Source: Alphaproteobacteria bacterium
GTDB taxonomy: Bacteria; Pseudomonadota; Alphaproteobacteria; SP197
NCBI GenBank assembly: GCA_965228895.1
Contig: OZ245842.1
Coordinates: forward strand, 736,001 to 800,000
Reading direction: 5' to 3'
DNA: 64,000 nt
Shown in pieces: positions 26,198-36,586 of this stretch. The position numbers were made by a program, and so were the translations under genes. The notes beneath the pieces are model-generated. The model saw only the letters and a program-made list of their open reading frames with translations, ran no database searches and was not told where the DNA came from. Within the stretch, counting starts at the first letter, position 1. Every line of letters starts with the position of its first letter.

Positions 26198-27265
26198 ATG
26201 ACCCTGGAGTTCCGGAACGTCGCAAAACGCAGCGGCGGCGAGACGTTGATCCACGCGTGCTCGTTCACGTTCGAGGCGCCGGGATTCAACATCCTTCTGG
26301 GCGCCACCAATGCCGGCAAGACGACACTGATCAAGCTGATGGCGAACCTGGAACGGCCATCGGAAGGTGAGATCTGGTTCGACGGCAAGAACGTGACCCA
26401 CGCGGCGACGCAAAAGCGCAATGTCAGCCTGGTGCACCAGTTCTTCGTCAACTATCCCCACATGTCGGTCTACGAGAACATCGCCTCGCCGCTGAAAATC
26501 GAGCGCGTGCCGTCGGCTGAGATCAAGCGGCGCGTTAGCGAGACAGCGGAACTTCTCAAGCTCGGGCCGTTTCTGCAGCGCCGCCCCGCGGAATTGTCCG
26601 GTGGTCAGCAGCAACGCACCGCGCTCGCCCGTGCGCTGGTCAAGGAAAGCAGCCTCGTGCTGCTCGACGAACCGCTGGTCAATCTTGACTACAAGCTGCG
26701 CGAGGAATTGCGAGATGAATTGCCGCGCTTGTTTTCGGGCCGCAGCGCCATCGTTGTCTACGCGACGTCGGAGCCGACCGAGGCGCTGATGCTGGGTGGG
26801 CGCACCGCGACGATCTGGCAGGGCAGGGTGACCCAGGTCGGCGATACGGCGGATGTCTATCGCCGGCCCAACACGGTGGAGACCGCCCAGGTCTTCTCCG
26901 ATCCGCCGATCAACACCGCGCCGGTGGTCAAGGCTGATGGCGAGATCAGACTTGGCGAAACCGTGCGCTGGCCGGCCGAAGGTGACGTCGCGGCCATGCC
27001 GGATGGCGTCTACACTGTCGCCGTCAGGCCGCATTTTGTTTCGCCGATCGCAGACGGGCCGGGAAGTGTCGCGGTTACCGGCCGAGTCTTGATCACCGAG
27101 TTGTCGGGTTCCGAGAGTACGGCGCATTTCGAGTTCGAGGGTCTGACTTGGGTTTCGCAAAGCCATGGTGTGCACAGCTATCAGATCGGCGAGATCCATG
27201 GCTTCAACATCGATACCAAAGGCTGCCTTTACTTCCGCGACGACGGCACGCGGGTAACCGGGTAG
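26198..27265 (+). CDS. glpS: Glycerol ABC transporter ATP-binding subunit
   Basis: GATNAGKTT, LSGGQQQRTALARA, LDEPLVNLDYKLRE. Confidence 0.88.
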   Translation: MTLEFRNVAKRSGGETLIHACSFTFEAPGFNILLGATNAGKTTLIKLMANLERPSEGEIWFDGKNVTHAATQKRNVSLVHQFFVNYPHMSVYENIASPLKIERVPSAEIKRRVSETAELLKLGPFLQRRPAELSGGQQQRTALARALVKESSLVLLDEPLVNLDYKLREELRDELPRLFSGRSAIVVYATSEPTEALMLGGRTATIWQGRVTQVGDTADVYRRPNTVETAQVFSDPPINTAPVVKADGEIRLGETVRWPAEGDVAAMPDGVYTVAVRPHFVSPIADGPGSVAVTGRVLITELSGSESTAHFEFEGLTWVSQSHGVHSYQIGEIHGFNIDTKGCLYFRDDGTRVTG

Positions 27266-27277
27266 GGATCGGACGTC

Positions 27278-28360
27278 ATGGCGAGAATTGAGCTGAAAGA
27301 TCTCAGGCACAGCTATGTCGCGGAACCGAAAGGTCCCGACGACTATGCGCTGAAAGGTCTCGATCTGGCTTGGGATGACGGTGGCGCCTATGCCCTGCTG
27401 GGGCCGTCCGGCTGCGGCAAGACGACCTTGCTCAACATCATTTCAGGCCTGATTGCCCCGTCCGAAGGTCAGATCTTGTTCGACGGCCACGATGTCACCG
27501 ACCTGCCGCCATCGCAGCGCAACATCGCCCAGGTTTTCCAGTTCCCGGTCATCTATGACACCATGACCGTGTTCGATAACCTGGCCTTTCCGCTGCGCAA
27601 CCGTGGCGTCGACCACGGCCGTATCGCGACCCGCGTCAACGATATCGCCGAGCTGCTCGAGCTCAGTGACATCCTGGGGCATCGCGCGTCCGGTCTAACG
27701 CCAGACGTTAAGCAAAAGCTCTCCATGGGGCGCGGCCTGGTGCGCGAAGACGTCAACGTCATCATGTTTGACGAACCGCTGACCGTGATCGATCCGCATC
27801 TGAAGTGGAAGCTGCGCTCCAAACTGAAGGAACTGCATCAAACGGTCGGTGCGACGATGATTTATGTCACTCACGACCAGACGGAAGCGCTGACCTTCGC
27901 TGACCAGGTCGTTGTCATGCGTGAGGGCGAAGTCGTCCAGGTCGGTACGCCGGTCGACCTCTTTGAAACGCCGGCCCACACCTTCGTCGGGCACTTCATC
28001 GGCTCGCCGGGCATGAACGTCATGCCGTGCGAGGTGCGCGACGGCGCGGTGTTCGTGCAGGGTGTTCATATTCCCATGGCCGCGCAGGTTGAGGTGGCGC
28101 CGGGCTCGGGTCCGCTCGAAGTTGGCGTGCGTCCGGAATACATTGATGTCGCCGATGACGGCTTGCCAGTCGAGGTCACACGGGTTGCCGATTCCGGACG
28201 CTTCCGCATCGTCGAGGCTCATGCCGGGGCCGAGCGTATCAACGTCCTGACCCGCGAAGATCAAGTGACGCCCTTGGGGCCGGCAAAGCTGCGCTTCGAT
28301 CCTGCCCGGACACGGGTCTATGCGGACGGCCGGCTCGTGACCGGCGCGGCGGGGGGCTAG
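27278..28360 (+). CDS. glpT: Glycerol ABC transporter ATP-binding subunit (rhizobial GlpT)
   Basis: GPSGCGKTT, degenerate signature LTPDVKQK, FDEPLTVIDPHLKW. Confidence 0.86.
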   Translation: MARIELKDLRHSYVAEPKGPDDYALKGLDLAWDDGGAYALLGPSGCGKTTLLNIISGLIAPSEGQILFDGHDVTDLPPSQRNIAQVFQFPVIYDTMTVFDNLAFPLRNRGVDHGRIATRVNDIAELLELSDILGHRASGLTPDVKQKLSMGRGLVREDVNVIMFDEPLTVIDPHLKWKLRSKLKELHQTVGATMIYVTHDQTEALTFADQVVVMREGEVVQVGTPVDLFETPAHTFVGHFIGSPGMNVMPCEVRDGAVFVQGVHIPMAAQVEVAPGSGPLEVGVRPEYIDVADDGLPVEVTRVADSGRFRIVEAHAGAERINVLTREDQVTPLGPAKLRFDPARTRVYADGRLVTGAAGG

Positions 28361-28363
28361 GCC

Positions 28364-29230
28364 ATGCTCTCCAAGGTACAGACGCAGAGAGCCTGGATCT
28401 TCGTCATCCCGGTCGTGCTGCTGGTCGCCTTCAACGCGCTGGTGCCGTTGATGACGGTGGTCAACTATTCGGTTCAGGAGACGTTCGGCGACAATCTCTT
28501 CTTCTGGCACGGCGTCGGCTGGTTTGAGGATGTGCTGCATTCCGAACGCTTTCATGCGGCGCTCGGGCGACAGCTCCTGTTCACCTTCACCATCCTGTTC
28601 ATCGAGATTCCGCTTGGCGTCATCATTGCGCTCGCCATGCCCAAGCGCGGCATCTGGGTGCCCGTGTGCCTGGTGCTGATGGCCCTGCCGCTCTTGATCC
28701 CCTGGAACGTTGTGGGGTCGATGTGGAACATCTTCACGCTGCCGGACATCGGCATGATGGGCTACACGATCAATTCCCTGGGCATCGACTACAACATGAC
28801 CCAGCAGCCGTTCGCGGCGTGGTTCACCATCATCTTGATGGACGTCTGGCACTGGACGTCGCTGGTTGTGTTGCTGACCTACGCCGGTCTGATTTCGATC
28901 CCCGACGCCTATTACCAGGCCGCCGCGATCGACGGCGCCAAGCCATGGGCCGTGTTCCGCCATATCCAGCTGCCCAAGCTCAAGCGCGTGCTGACTATCG
29001 CCATTCTGCTGCGCTTCATGGACAGTTTCATGATCTATACGGAACCGTTCGTCATGACCGGCGGCGGGCCCGGTAACACAACGACGCTGCTGTCGATTGA
29101 TCTCGTCAAGATGGCGCTCGGCCAGTTCGACCTGGGCCCGGCGGCCGCGATGTCGCTGATCTATTTCCTCATCACGCTTTTGCTGTCATGGGTGTTCTAT
29201 ACCGTCATGACGCGTCACGACGCGAAGTGA
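28364..29230 (+). CDS. glpP: Glycerol ABC transporter permease
   Basis: PLMTVVNYSVQ, MDVWHWTSLV, YQAAAIDGA. Confidence 0.87.
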   Translation: MLSKVQTQRAWIFVIPVVLLVAFNALVPLMTVVNYSVQETFGDNLFFWHGVGWFEDVLHSERFHAALGRQLLFTFTILFIEIPLGVIIALAMPKRGIWVPVCLVLMALPLLIPWNVVGSMWNIFTLPDIGMMGYTINSLGIDYNMTQQPFAAWFTIILMDVWHWTSLVVLLTYAGLISIPDAYYQAAAIDGAKPWAVFRHIQLPKLKRVLTIAILLRFMDSFMIYTEPFVMTGGGPGNTTTLLSIDLVKMALGQFDLGPAAAMSLIYFLITLLLSWVFYTVMTRHDAK

Positions 29231-29243
29231 GGGGGCGGGTGTC

Positions 29244-30041
29244 ATGAAACCACGTTCGCTCATCGTCATCGTCTACATCGTCTTCCTGATGCTGCCGATC
29301 TATTGGCTGCTCAGCATGTCGTTCAAGACAACCAACGAGATCCTCGGCGGATTCACGCTGCTGCCCCAGGACTTCACGCTCGAGAACTACATGACGATCT
29401 TTACCGATCCGACGTGGTACTGGGGCTACATCAACTCGTTGATCTACGTCACGATGAACACGGTGATCTCTGTCGCGGCTGCCCTGCCGGCGGCCTACGC
29501 GTTCTCGCGCTTTACGTTCATCGGCGACAAACACCTTTTCTTCTGGCTGCTGACGAACCGCATGGCGCCGCCGGCGGTGTTCGCGCTGCCGTTCTTCCAG
29601 CTCTATTCCGCCGTCGGCCTGTTCGATACCCATATCGCGGTGGCATTGGCGCACTGCTTGTTCAACATCCCGCTGGCGGTGTGGATCCTGGAAGGTTTCA
29701 TGTCGTCGGTGCCCAAGGAGCTCGATGAGACTGCCTATGTGGACGGCTATTCGTTCCCGCGCTTCTTCTTCCAGATCTTTATCCCGAACATCAAATCCGG
29801 CATCGGCGTCGCGGCCTTCTTCTGTTTCATGTTCTCCTGGGTCGAGATGTTGCTCGCCAAGACCCTGACGGCGGTCGATGCCAAGCCGATCGCCGCGACC
29901 ATGACGAAGACCGCGTCGAGCGCAGGATACGAGCTCGGGTTGTTGGCGGCCGCGGGCGTTCTCACCATCATCCCGGGCGCGTTTGTGATCTATTTCGTGC
30001 GCAACTACATCGCCAAGGGTTTTGCCCTTGGTCGGGTCTAG
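29244..30041 (+). CDS. glpQ: Glycerol ABC transporter permease
   Basis: GDKHLFFWLLTNRMAP, DETAYVDG, YIAKGFALGRV. Confidence 0.87.
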   Translation: MKPRSLIVIVYIVFLMLPIYWLLSMSFKTTNEILGGFTLLPQDFTLENYMTIFTDPTWYWGYINSLIYVTMNTVISVAAALPAAYAFSRFTFIGDKHLFFWLLTNRMAPPAVFALPFFQLYSAVGLFDTHIAVALAHCLFNIPLAVWILEGFMSSVPKELDETAYVDGYSFPRFFFQIFIPNIKSGIGVAAFFCFMFSWVEMLLAKTLTAVDAKPIAATMTKTASSAGYELGLLAAAGVLTIIPGAFVIYFVRNYIAKGFALGRV

Positions 30042-30053
30042 AGGAGGCGGACC

Positions 30054-30335
30054 ATGGGATTGGAATGGATGGCCTGGACCTGGTCGACCGCCGGATTCTT
30101 TATCGGCGTGTTTGCCGCCATCGCCTTGATGGGCGTGCTCGAATGGCGCTTTCCAGGCGGCGCCGGCCGCCGTGGTATCCTGGGACTCGACACCACGCGC
30201 GGCGACCGGCTTTTCATCACGCTGCTTGGCTCCGCCTTCATCCTCTTGGCGTGGCTCGGCCTGATGGGCACGCCCATGTGGGGCGGTCTCGCCATTGCCA
30301 TCGTCTGGATGGTGCTGGTGTTCTGGCTCGTCTGA
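30054..30335 (+). CDS. glpU: Small integral membrane protein (DUF2160, GlpU)
   Basis: WMAWT, TTRGDRLFITLLGSA; GAGGAGG RBS. Confidence 0.85.
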   Translation: MGLEWMAWTWSTAGFFIGVFAAIALMGVLEWRFPGGAGRRGILGLDTTRGDRLFITLLGSAFILLAWLGLMGTPMWGGLAIAIVWMVLVFWLV

Positions 30336-30428
30336 CCTTCGTCGGGCCGCTGGTCGGCCATCGCTTGACCGGCCTTCGGGTGTTGCTATCGTTGGTTCCC
30401 GTCACGCTTAAGTCGATGGAGAGTTGAG

Positions 30429-31319
30429 GTGTCCAAACCTGCGATAGAGCATGTCTCCGCCACGACCGATGCCGGCGAGATCGTCGGTATTCTGGAGCGC
30501 GACGGCTGCGTCATCATCGACCGGCTTCTGGATGAGGATTTCTGCGAGCGCATTCTGTGCGATCTCGAACGTTGGATGAACCGTGTGCCGGATGGCGGCG
30601 GCGAGTGGGTCGGCTACAAGACGCGCCGCGTTCACGGTCTGGTCGCCAAGTCGAAAGCGGTCCGCGACAACATCTGCAATCCGCTGGTGCTGGAAATCAT
30701 GGACGGCGTGCTCGGCCCCTGGTGCGACACCTTTCAGCTCAGCGCCTGTTCGACCGCGTCGATCGGTCCGGGCGAAACCTCGCAAGAACTGCACCGCGAC
30801 GATCTGATGTTCCCGTTCGTCCATCCCAGCGAGCGGGTCGTCTACTGCACGACATTCTGTGCGCTCAGTGATTTCACGGCCGAGAATGGCGCCACCTGTG
30901 TCGTGCCAGGCAGTCATCTATGGGATGACGAACGCCAGCCGCGCGAAGACGAGGTCGTCCAGGCGGTCATGCCCAAGGGGTCGATGCTGCTCTTCACCTG
31001 TGCCGTCTATCACGGTGGCGGCGCGAACGTGACGGCCGATCAATGGCGCCACGCCCTCTTCACGTCTTATGTCGTCGGCTGGCTGCGCCAGGAAGAAAAC
31101 CAGTATCTCGTTAGTCCGCCGGAGATCGCGCGGCTCTATACGGAACAGATGCAACGGTTGATCGGCTACCAGGTGCATCGGCCATTCCTCGGCTGGTACG
31201 ACCTGCAGGAACCGCTGCTGTTGTTGGATGGTTATGACGAGCTGTCGTCGGCCAATCTCGACCTCTACGCCGACGGCGAAGACCATGGCGTCTTGAGCAA
31301 GCGTGTCCGGCGCGCCTGA
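30429..31319 (+). CDS. Phytanoyl-CoA dioxygenase family Fe(II)/2-OG dioxygenase
   Basis: IGPGETSQELHRDD (HxD), DFTAENGAT..PGSH, YHGGGAN, WLRQEEN. Confidence 0.9.
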   Translation: MSKPAIEHVSATTDAGEIVGILERDGCVIIDRLLDEDFCERILCDLERWMNRVPDGGGEWVGYKTRRVHGLVAKSKAVRDNICNPLVLEIMDGVLGPWCDTFQLSACSTASIGPGETSQELHRDDLMFPFVHPSERVVYCTTFCALSDFTAENGATCVVPGSHLWDDERQPREDEVVQAVMPKGSMLLFTCAVYHGGGANVTADQWRHALFTSYVVGWLRQEENQYLVSPPEIARLYTEQMQRLIGYQVHRPFLGWYDLQEPLLLLDGYDELSSANLDLYADGEDHGVLSKRVRRA

Positions 31320-31328
31320 CGGCGAGCG

Positions 31329-32294
31329 TCACCGATCGTCGTCGATCGAGATCGGCCCCATGGAACGCGCCATGGCGGTCGGTTGACGCCAGCGCCTGTG
31401 CATCCACAGCCACTGATCCGGATGTTCGCGCACCCACGAGTCGACAACCGCTGTCATCGCGGCGGTTGCGCCTTCGACATTGACGCGGCCATCGGGGTCG
31501 CGCGGTAGGTCGAGCGGCGGCGTCAGTTCCAGGAAGAAACGGTGGCCGGGCAGGCGGACGGCGCGTGCGCCGTGGACCGGGCAATCGTATTGGCGCGCCA
31601 GCATGCCGAGGACCGGGTTGGTCAGCGCGGGACGGCCCAGGAACGGCACGGTAAGGCCGCGTGAGAAGTGCTGATCGATCAACATGCCGATATGGCCGCC
31701 TTCATCGAGCACCTTGCGTAACGCGAAGATGGCGCCGCGCCGCGAAGCCTCGAGCCCGCCCATGGTTTCGCGTCTGATCTCCTCGACGATCTGCCGCGAC
31801 ACCGGATCGTTGGGCGGTCGGTAGACGGCCGTGACGTCAAGCCCGTGCCGGGCGCCGCAAATGGCCGTCAACTCCCAGTTCGCGAGATGGGCGGAAAAGA
31901 TGATGCCCGGCTTGCCGTCATCGCGCAGGTCGGCAAAGTAATCGACACCGGACACCTCGACTCTCCCGTTGGGAACGGGATCGTCGTGGTTGTAATCCAT
32001 CAGCTTGCTGATGTGGGGATACTCCATCATCGTGCGGCCCAGGCTGTCCCAGGCGCCGCGCGCGATCCCTTGAAGCTCAGGCTCGGCCTTCTCCGGATAG
32101 GCGGCCCGTAGATTGGTCATCGCCGTTCGATGGGGTTTGAGACGCGGCCCGAAGGTGCGTGTGATGAACCCGCCCAGGTTGGCCGCGGTATCGGGCCCGA
32201 TCAGCCGAACGAACGCAAAGAGAGTACGCGCCACACCCAACATGGCGGCTGCGCGAAGGCGTGCGCCGATTCCGTCTCGGCGTGACCGCGCCAT
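31329..32294 (-). CDS. lpxXL: Lipid A VLCFA acyltransferase LpxXL (HtrB/MsbB family)
   Basis: SAHLANWE, YRPPN, MLIDQHF, PDQWLWMHRRW; last gene of the acpXL cluster. Confidence 0.88.
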   Translation of the reverse strand: MARSRRDGIGARLRAAAMLGVARTLFAFVRLIGPDTAANLGGFITRTFGPRLKPHRTAMTNLRAAYPEKAEPELQGIARGAWDSLGRTMMEYPHISKLMDYNHDDPVPNGRVEVSGVDYFADLRDDGKPGIIFSAHLANWELTAICGARHGLDVTAVYRPPNDPVSRQIVEEIRRETMGGLEASRRGAIFALRKVLDEGGHIGMLIDQHFSRGLTVPFLGRPALTNPVLGMLARQYDCPVHGARAVRLPGHRFFLELTPPLDLPRDPDGRVNVEGATAAMTAVVDSWVREHPDQWLWMHRRWRQPTAMARSMGPISIDDDR

Positions 32295-32310
32295 TACCGG
32301 TGCCGCCGGA

Positions 32311-33333
32311 TCAGAGAAGCACCACGACCTTGCCGAACACCTTGCGTCCCTCAAGACGGGCGAGACCCTCCTCGAAGCGATCGATCGGCAAGACGGTATC
32401 AATCACCGGCGTCAAACCGCCGGCGATGCGGGCAAGCGACTGTTCGATGTTGCGGATCGAACAGCCGAACGAGCCGAAGATGCGGTACTGCTGCTGGAAC
32501 AGTTGCATAAGGTTCAAGGTCGTCGAAATGCCGCTGGTGGCGCCGCAGGTGACGAGGCGGCCGCCGCGTTTCAGGCATAGCAGCGACCCGTTCCAGGTAT
32601 CCGCACCGACATGCTCGAAGACGACATCGACGCCCTTGCGCTTGGTCAGCTTGCGCACGACGCCTTCGAACCGGTCGTCGCGGTAGTTGATGACGTGGTC
32701 GGCGCCGAGCGCCCTAGCCTTTTCGGCCTTTTCCTCCGACCCGACGGTCGTATAGACCGTGCAACCCAGATCCTTGGCCATCTTGATTGCCGTGCTGCCG
32801 ATGCCGGAACCGCCGGCGTGAACCAAGATGGACTCACCCGGCTCGAGCTTCGCGTTGTCGAACAGCATGTGCTGGACCGTGCCGACACCGATCGGTGCGC
32901 ACGCCGCATCTTCCAGGCTGACGCCGTCGGGCACGGGAACCACCAGCCGCTCCAGCCGGTTGACCACATCGCGGGCGAAACCATCGATGTGGAAGCCCAT
33001 GATGCCGGCAACGTCCTCGCACAGGTTGTCGCGGCCTTCCTTGCAGGCGCGGCAGACACCGCAGGTGTTGGCGCCGTACATAGTGACCATCTGACCGGGC
33101 TTGAAGCGTGTTGTCGCCTCGCCACAGGCAATGACTTCGCCGGCGGCTTCAACACCAATAATCAGCGGCAACTTGCGTTTGGCAAACGCCATGCCGCGAT
33201 AGCCCCACACATCCAGATAGTTCAGCGCGATGGCGCGTACCTGAACCTGAATCTCGTCCGGCCCTGGTTCGCTGGGCGGGTCTATCTCTTCCAGGCGAAC
33301 ATCGCGGTCGCCATGCAATACCAGTGCGCGCAT
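32311..33333 (-). CDS. Zinc-binding dehydrogenase of the VLCFA cluster (AdhA2XL)
   Basis: CGVCRAC..DNLC, HAGGSGIG, RLVTCGATSG, GRKVFGKVV. Confidence 0.9.
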   Translation of the reverse strand: MRALVLHGDRDVRLEEIDPPSEPGPDEIQVQVRAIALNYLDVWGYRGMAFAKRKLPLIIGVEAAGEVIACGEATTRFKPGQMVTMYGANTCGVCRACKEGRDNLCEDVAGIMGFHIDGFARDVVNRLERLVVPVPDGVSLEDAACAPIGVGTVQHMLFDNAKLEPGESILVHAGGSGIGSTAIKMAKDLGCTVYTTVGSEEKAEKARALGADHVINYRDDRFEGVVRKLTKRKGVDVVFEHVGADTWNGSLLCLKRGGRLVTCGATSGISTTLNLMQLFQQQYRIFGSFGCSIRNIEQSLARIAGGLTPVIDTVLPIDRFEEGLARLEGRKVFGKVVVLL

Positions 33334-33396
33334 CGTGGCGTTTGAATCCTTTCCGGTACGGCGTGCCGGCGCAAGACCGGATGCCGTCAGATCGCG

Positions 33397-34155
33397 TTAG
33401 CGGTGAATGCCCAGATGCGCCGTCAGGCCGCCATCAATCGGCAGCACGGCGCCGGTGATGTAGGCCGCTTGTTCGCCCATCAGAAACGCGGCGAGCGCCG
33501 CGACTTCATGGGCCTGGGCAAACCGGCCGACCGGGATCTGTTCTTCCATCCGCTCCCGGTAGTCCGCATAGGGGGCCAGCATGGCGGTGTCAATGAAACC
33601 GGGCGCCACCACGTTCACCGTCACCCCACGCTTGGCCGCCTCGACGGCCAGCACCCGGCAATAGGACGTGAGCGCGCCCTTCGACGCGGCATAGGCGGCG
33701 TTGCCGGCGCTACCGCGAAGCGCGGCGACGGAACTGATGGCGACGATCCGACCGTTTCTGGCGCGCATCATGCCGCGGCTGACGCCCTTGGCGAGGCGGG
33801 TGAAGGACCAGAAGTTGACCTGCATGACCGCCTCGGCCTTATCCTGCGCCATCATGGCTGTCAGCGCGTCATAGGACTGGCCGGCATTGTGGACGAGGCC
33901 ATAGGGCGGGTCTTCCGCAAGGCTGTCGGCAAACGTCTCGACCGCCGCTTGATCGGAGAGATCAACCTGGATCGACGTGATCTGGCGGTCCGGATGGTCC
34001 GCCTTCATGGCCTTGATGTGTTCGGCTGCTTCGTCAGCGGACGAACGGTACGTAAAGTCGATGTCGAAACCTTGCGCGGCAAGCGCGGAGACAATCTCCG
34101 CGCCGAGCCCTTTGCCACCGCCGGTGACGAGGACGCGTTTGGCTTCCGCTGTCAT
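33397..34155 (-). CDS. 3-oxoacyl-ACP reductase (SDR, FabG-like)
   Basis: TGGGKGLG, HNAG, YAASK, NVVAPGFIDT. Confidence 0.9.
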   Translation of the reverse strand: MTAEAKRVLVTGGGKGLGAEIVSALAAQGFDIDFTYRSSADEAAEHIKAMKADHPDRQITSIQVDLSDQAAVETFADSLAEDPPYGLVHNAGQSYDALTAMMAQDKAEAVMQVNFWSFTRLAKGVSRGMMRARNGRIVAISSVAALRGSAGNAAYAASKGALTSYCRVLAVEAAKRGVTVNVVAPGFIDTAMLAPYADYRERMEEQIPVGRFAQAHEVAALAAFLMGEQAAYITGAVLPIDGGLTAHLGIHR

Positions 34156-35435
34156 TGAGGCTCCGCCGCGAACACCAGACAGGTGTTCTGGCCGCCAAAG
34201 CCGAATGAGTTGGACAGCACACGTTCGACCTTCGCATCGCGAGCGGTGTTCGGCACGACGTCGAGTTCAATGGCCGGATCCGGTGTCACATAGTTGATCG
34301 TCGGCGGCAGCCGCTGCTCCAAAATGGTCATCAACGAGAACACGCCCTCGACCGCGCCGGCCGCGGTCAGCGTATGGCCGACCATCGACTTGTTCGACGA
34401 GATCGGCAGCTGCTTCATGCGGTCGCCGAAGACCTCCATGCAGCTCATGCACTCCATCTTGTCGTTTTCCGGCGTCGAGGTGCCGTGCGCGTTGATGTAG
34501 TCGATATCGTCCGGCGACAAACCGGCGTCGTCGATCGCCTCCTGCATGGCGCGCATGGCGGGACGCCCGTCCGGGCTGGAGCGGGTGCGGTGGAAACCGT
34601 CGCCCTTTTCGCCGCAGCCGCTGACAACCGCCAGGATCTTGGCGCCGCGTGCACGGGCGTGATCATAGTCTTCCAGTACCAACGCGCCGGCGCCTTCGCC
34701 CATGACGAAACCGTCCCGGTCCTTGGAGAACGGTCGGGCGGCTTCTTCCGGCGGATCGTTGCGGACCGTCAGCGCCGACAACAGCGAAAAGCGGACAAGC
34801 GCCTCGACCTGGACGGAACCGTCGGTACCGATGGCCAGCGCCGCCTGGGTCTCGCCGCGCCGGATTTCCTCGACGGCGATCTGGATGGCGGTCGCGCCTG
34901 ATGAGCAGGCGGTCGATAGCGAAATCGGCGAACCTTTGGTGCCGAACCTGTCGGCCGTGCGCGCGGCAACGCCGGCAAACAGAAACAGCTCGTGATAGTC
35001 CTTGTGTTCGTGTTTCGCCGCGGTCGCCAGCAGATCGTCGTAGACAACGGTCTCCAGGCCTGATTCCTCGGCCAACCCAATCCGCTGCGGCCATTCCAGT
35101 TCCAGCGGCGGCACCGCCATGACCAGAGGACCGGGAAAATCGCCCGTCGTGCCAATGCCGCTCTGCGCGATCGCCTCTTCTGCGGCGATGGCCGCCAGGC
35201 GTTCGGAGAGTTCCGGCGACGTGAACGGCGCGTCGACCGCGTAGTCGACGGTGCCGCCGATCGTGGTCTTGAGGCCCTCGGTCGGAAAACGCGTGATGGC
35301 ATGCACGCCCGACTTGCCGGCGGTGAGGGCTTGCCAGTTATCGTCCTTGCCTTGGCCGAGGGACGTGATGATGCCGAAACCGGTTACGGCGACCACGGGG
35401 CGTCCGAGATGATCGCGCGTGCTGCTGCTCGTCAT
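34152..35435 (-). CDS. fabF: Beta-ketoacyl-ACP synthase FabF1XL (catalytic)
   Basis: STACSSG, INAHGTST, KSMVGHTL, SNSFGFGGQN. Confidence 0.92.
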   Translation of the reverse strand: MTSSSTRDHLGRPVVAVTGFGIITSLGQGKDDNWQALTAGKSGVHAITRFPTEGLKTTIGGTVDYAVDAPFTSPELSERLAAIAAEEAIAQSGIGTTGDFPGPLVMAVPPLELEWPQRIGLAEESGLETVVYDDLLATAAKHEHKDYHELFLFAGVAARTADRFGTKGSPISLSTACSSGATAIQIAVEEIRRGETQAALAIGTDGSVQVEALVRFSLLSALTVRNDPPEEAARPFSKDRDGFVMGEGAGALVLEDYDHARARGAKILAVVSGCGEKGDGFHRTRSSPDGRPAMRAMQEAIDDAGLSPDDIDYINAHGTSTPENDKMECMSCMEVFGDRMKQLPISSNKSMVGHTLTAAGAVEGVFSLMTILEQRLPPTINYVTPDPAIELDVVPNTARDAKVERVLSNSFGFGGQNTCLVFAAEPQ

Positions 35436-36586
35436 GTCGTGTCTCCTTTGCCGGGTGACAGGATGCGCGCTGCACCTTCGCCACGCCAGTGGGATGCACC
35501 AGTGATCAGCACGTCGGCGCTCTTGCCTGCGCCAACGAATGCTGCCGCGAACGCAACCGCCGCCGGAAAAGCCGCCTCCAGACTGTGGCCGACCAGGTCG
35601 CCGACTGCGGTGACGTTGGCGTCCGGCACGGCGGTCGTTGCCGCCGCCCGTTCTTCTTCGGTCCAGGGCGCGACACCGCTTGCCGCCGAGATCACCTGAG
35701 TCTCATCGCTGTAGGGCCCGAGTTTAGCAATCAGGTCATCCATCGTGGCCTTTACCTCGCCGGGCTCGCGCCGCGCCCAGCCGGAGGCCACGCCGGCAAT
35801 TTCGGCCATGACATTCGCCCCGCGCGCCGTTGCGGTATCGCCCGCTTCGAGCACCACAAAGGCGCCGACGCTACCCATGATCATGCCTTCGCGCGCGTTG
35901 GAGAACACCGGTTCGAAGTCGCCCTTGTGGACATAGCCGGCGAATTCCAGCAACAGCAGCATGTCGCGGCGGCTGGCGTTATAGGCGCCGCCGACCAGGA
36001 TGGCGTCGCATTGGCCAAAGGCGATACGGTCGACCGCGTCACGCATGGCATCGACGCCGGCCTGTTCTTCGCCCATGAACGTCCGCGATCCGCCGGTCAC
36101 GCCATGCACGATGGAGATGTTGCCGGCCAAGAGGTTGGAGAGTTGCGCCAGGAACATGGTCGGGCGCAGGTCGTTCATCAGATGTTCGTTCAGATAGGCG
36201 GCCTTGTCCTCGACGGTGCGAATCTCCGTTGCGATCGCCGCATCGACCTCATGATCGCGCTCGCCGCCGCCGGCGGCGACCAACACCTCAAGCACGTCCT
36301 TGGCTGCCTCGTCGTCTTTCAGGCCCGCCGAGTCCAAGGCCAGACCGGCGGCATAGACGCCGAGCCGTTGCCAAGCTTCCATCTGACGCTGGTCGCTGCG
36401 CTTGGGGATCTGTAGCGAAAGATCCAGCTCCACGAGGGGGTGGATGGGGTAGGGCGCAAAACCTTCCGTATCGACATGGGGCGCGACATCGCCGTCAAGA
36501 GCCGCCAGGTGTGGTTCAAGCCCTTCACCCAGGCTCGACACCAGGCCGATGCCCGTGATCGCGACCTTTCGTCTCGTCTCCGTCAC
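35432..36586 (-). CDS. Beta-ketoacyl-ACP synthase-like FabF2XL (no catalytic Cys)
   Basis: ITGIGLVSSLG, LRPTMFLAQLSNL, RTFMGEEQAG in place of TAC. Confidence 0.88.
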   Translation of the reverse strand: MTETRRKVAITGIGLVSSLGEGLEPHLAALDGDVAPHVDTEGFAPYPIHPLVELDLSLQIPKRSDQRQMEAWQRLGVYAAGLALDSAGLKDDEAAKDVLEVLVAAGGGERDHEVDAAIATEIRTVEDKAAYLNEHLMNDLRPTMFLAQLSNLLAGNISIVHGVTGGSRTFMGEEQAGVDAMRDAVDRIAFGQCDAILVGGAYNASRRDMLLLLEFAGYVHKGDFEPVFSNAREGMIMGSVGAFVVLEAGDTATARGANVMAEIAGVASGWARREPGEVKATMDDLIAKLGPYSDETQVISAASGVAPWTEEERAAATTAVPDANVTAVGDLVGHSLEAAFPAAVAFAAAFVGAGKSADVLITGASHWRGEGAARILSPGKGDTT

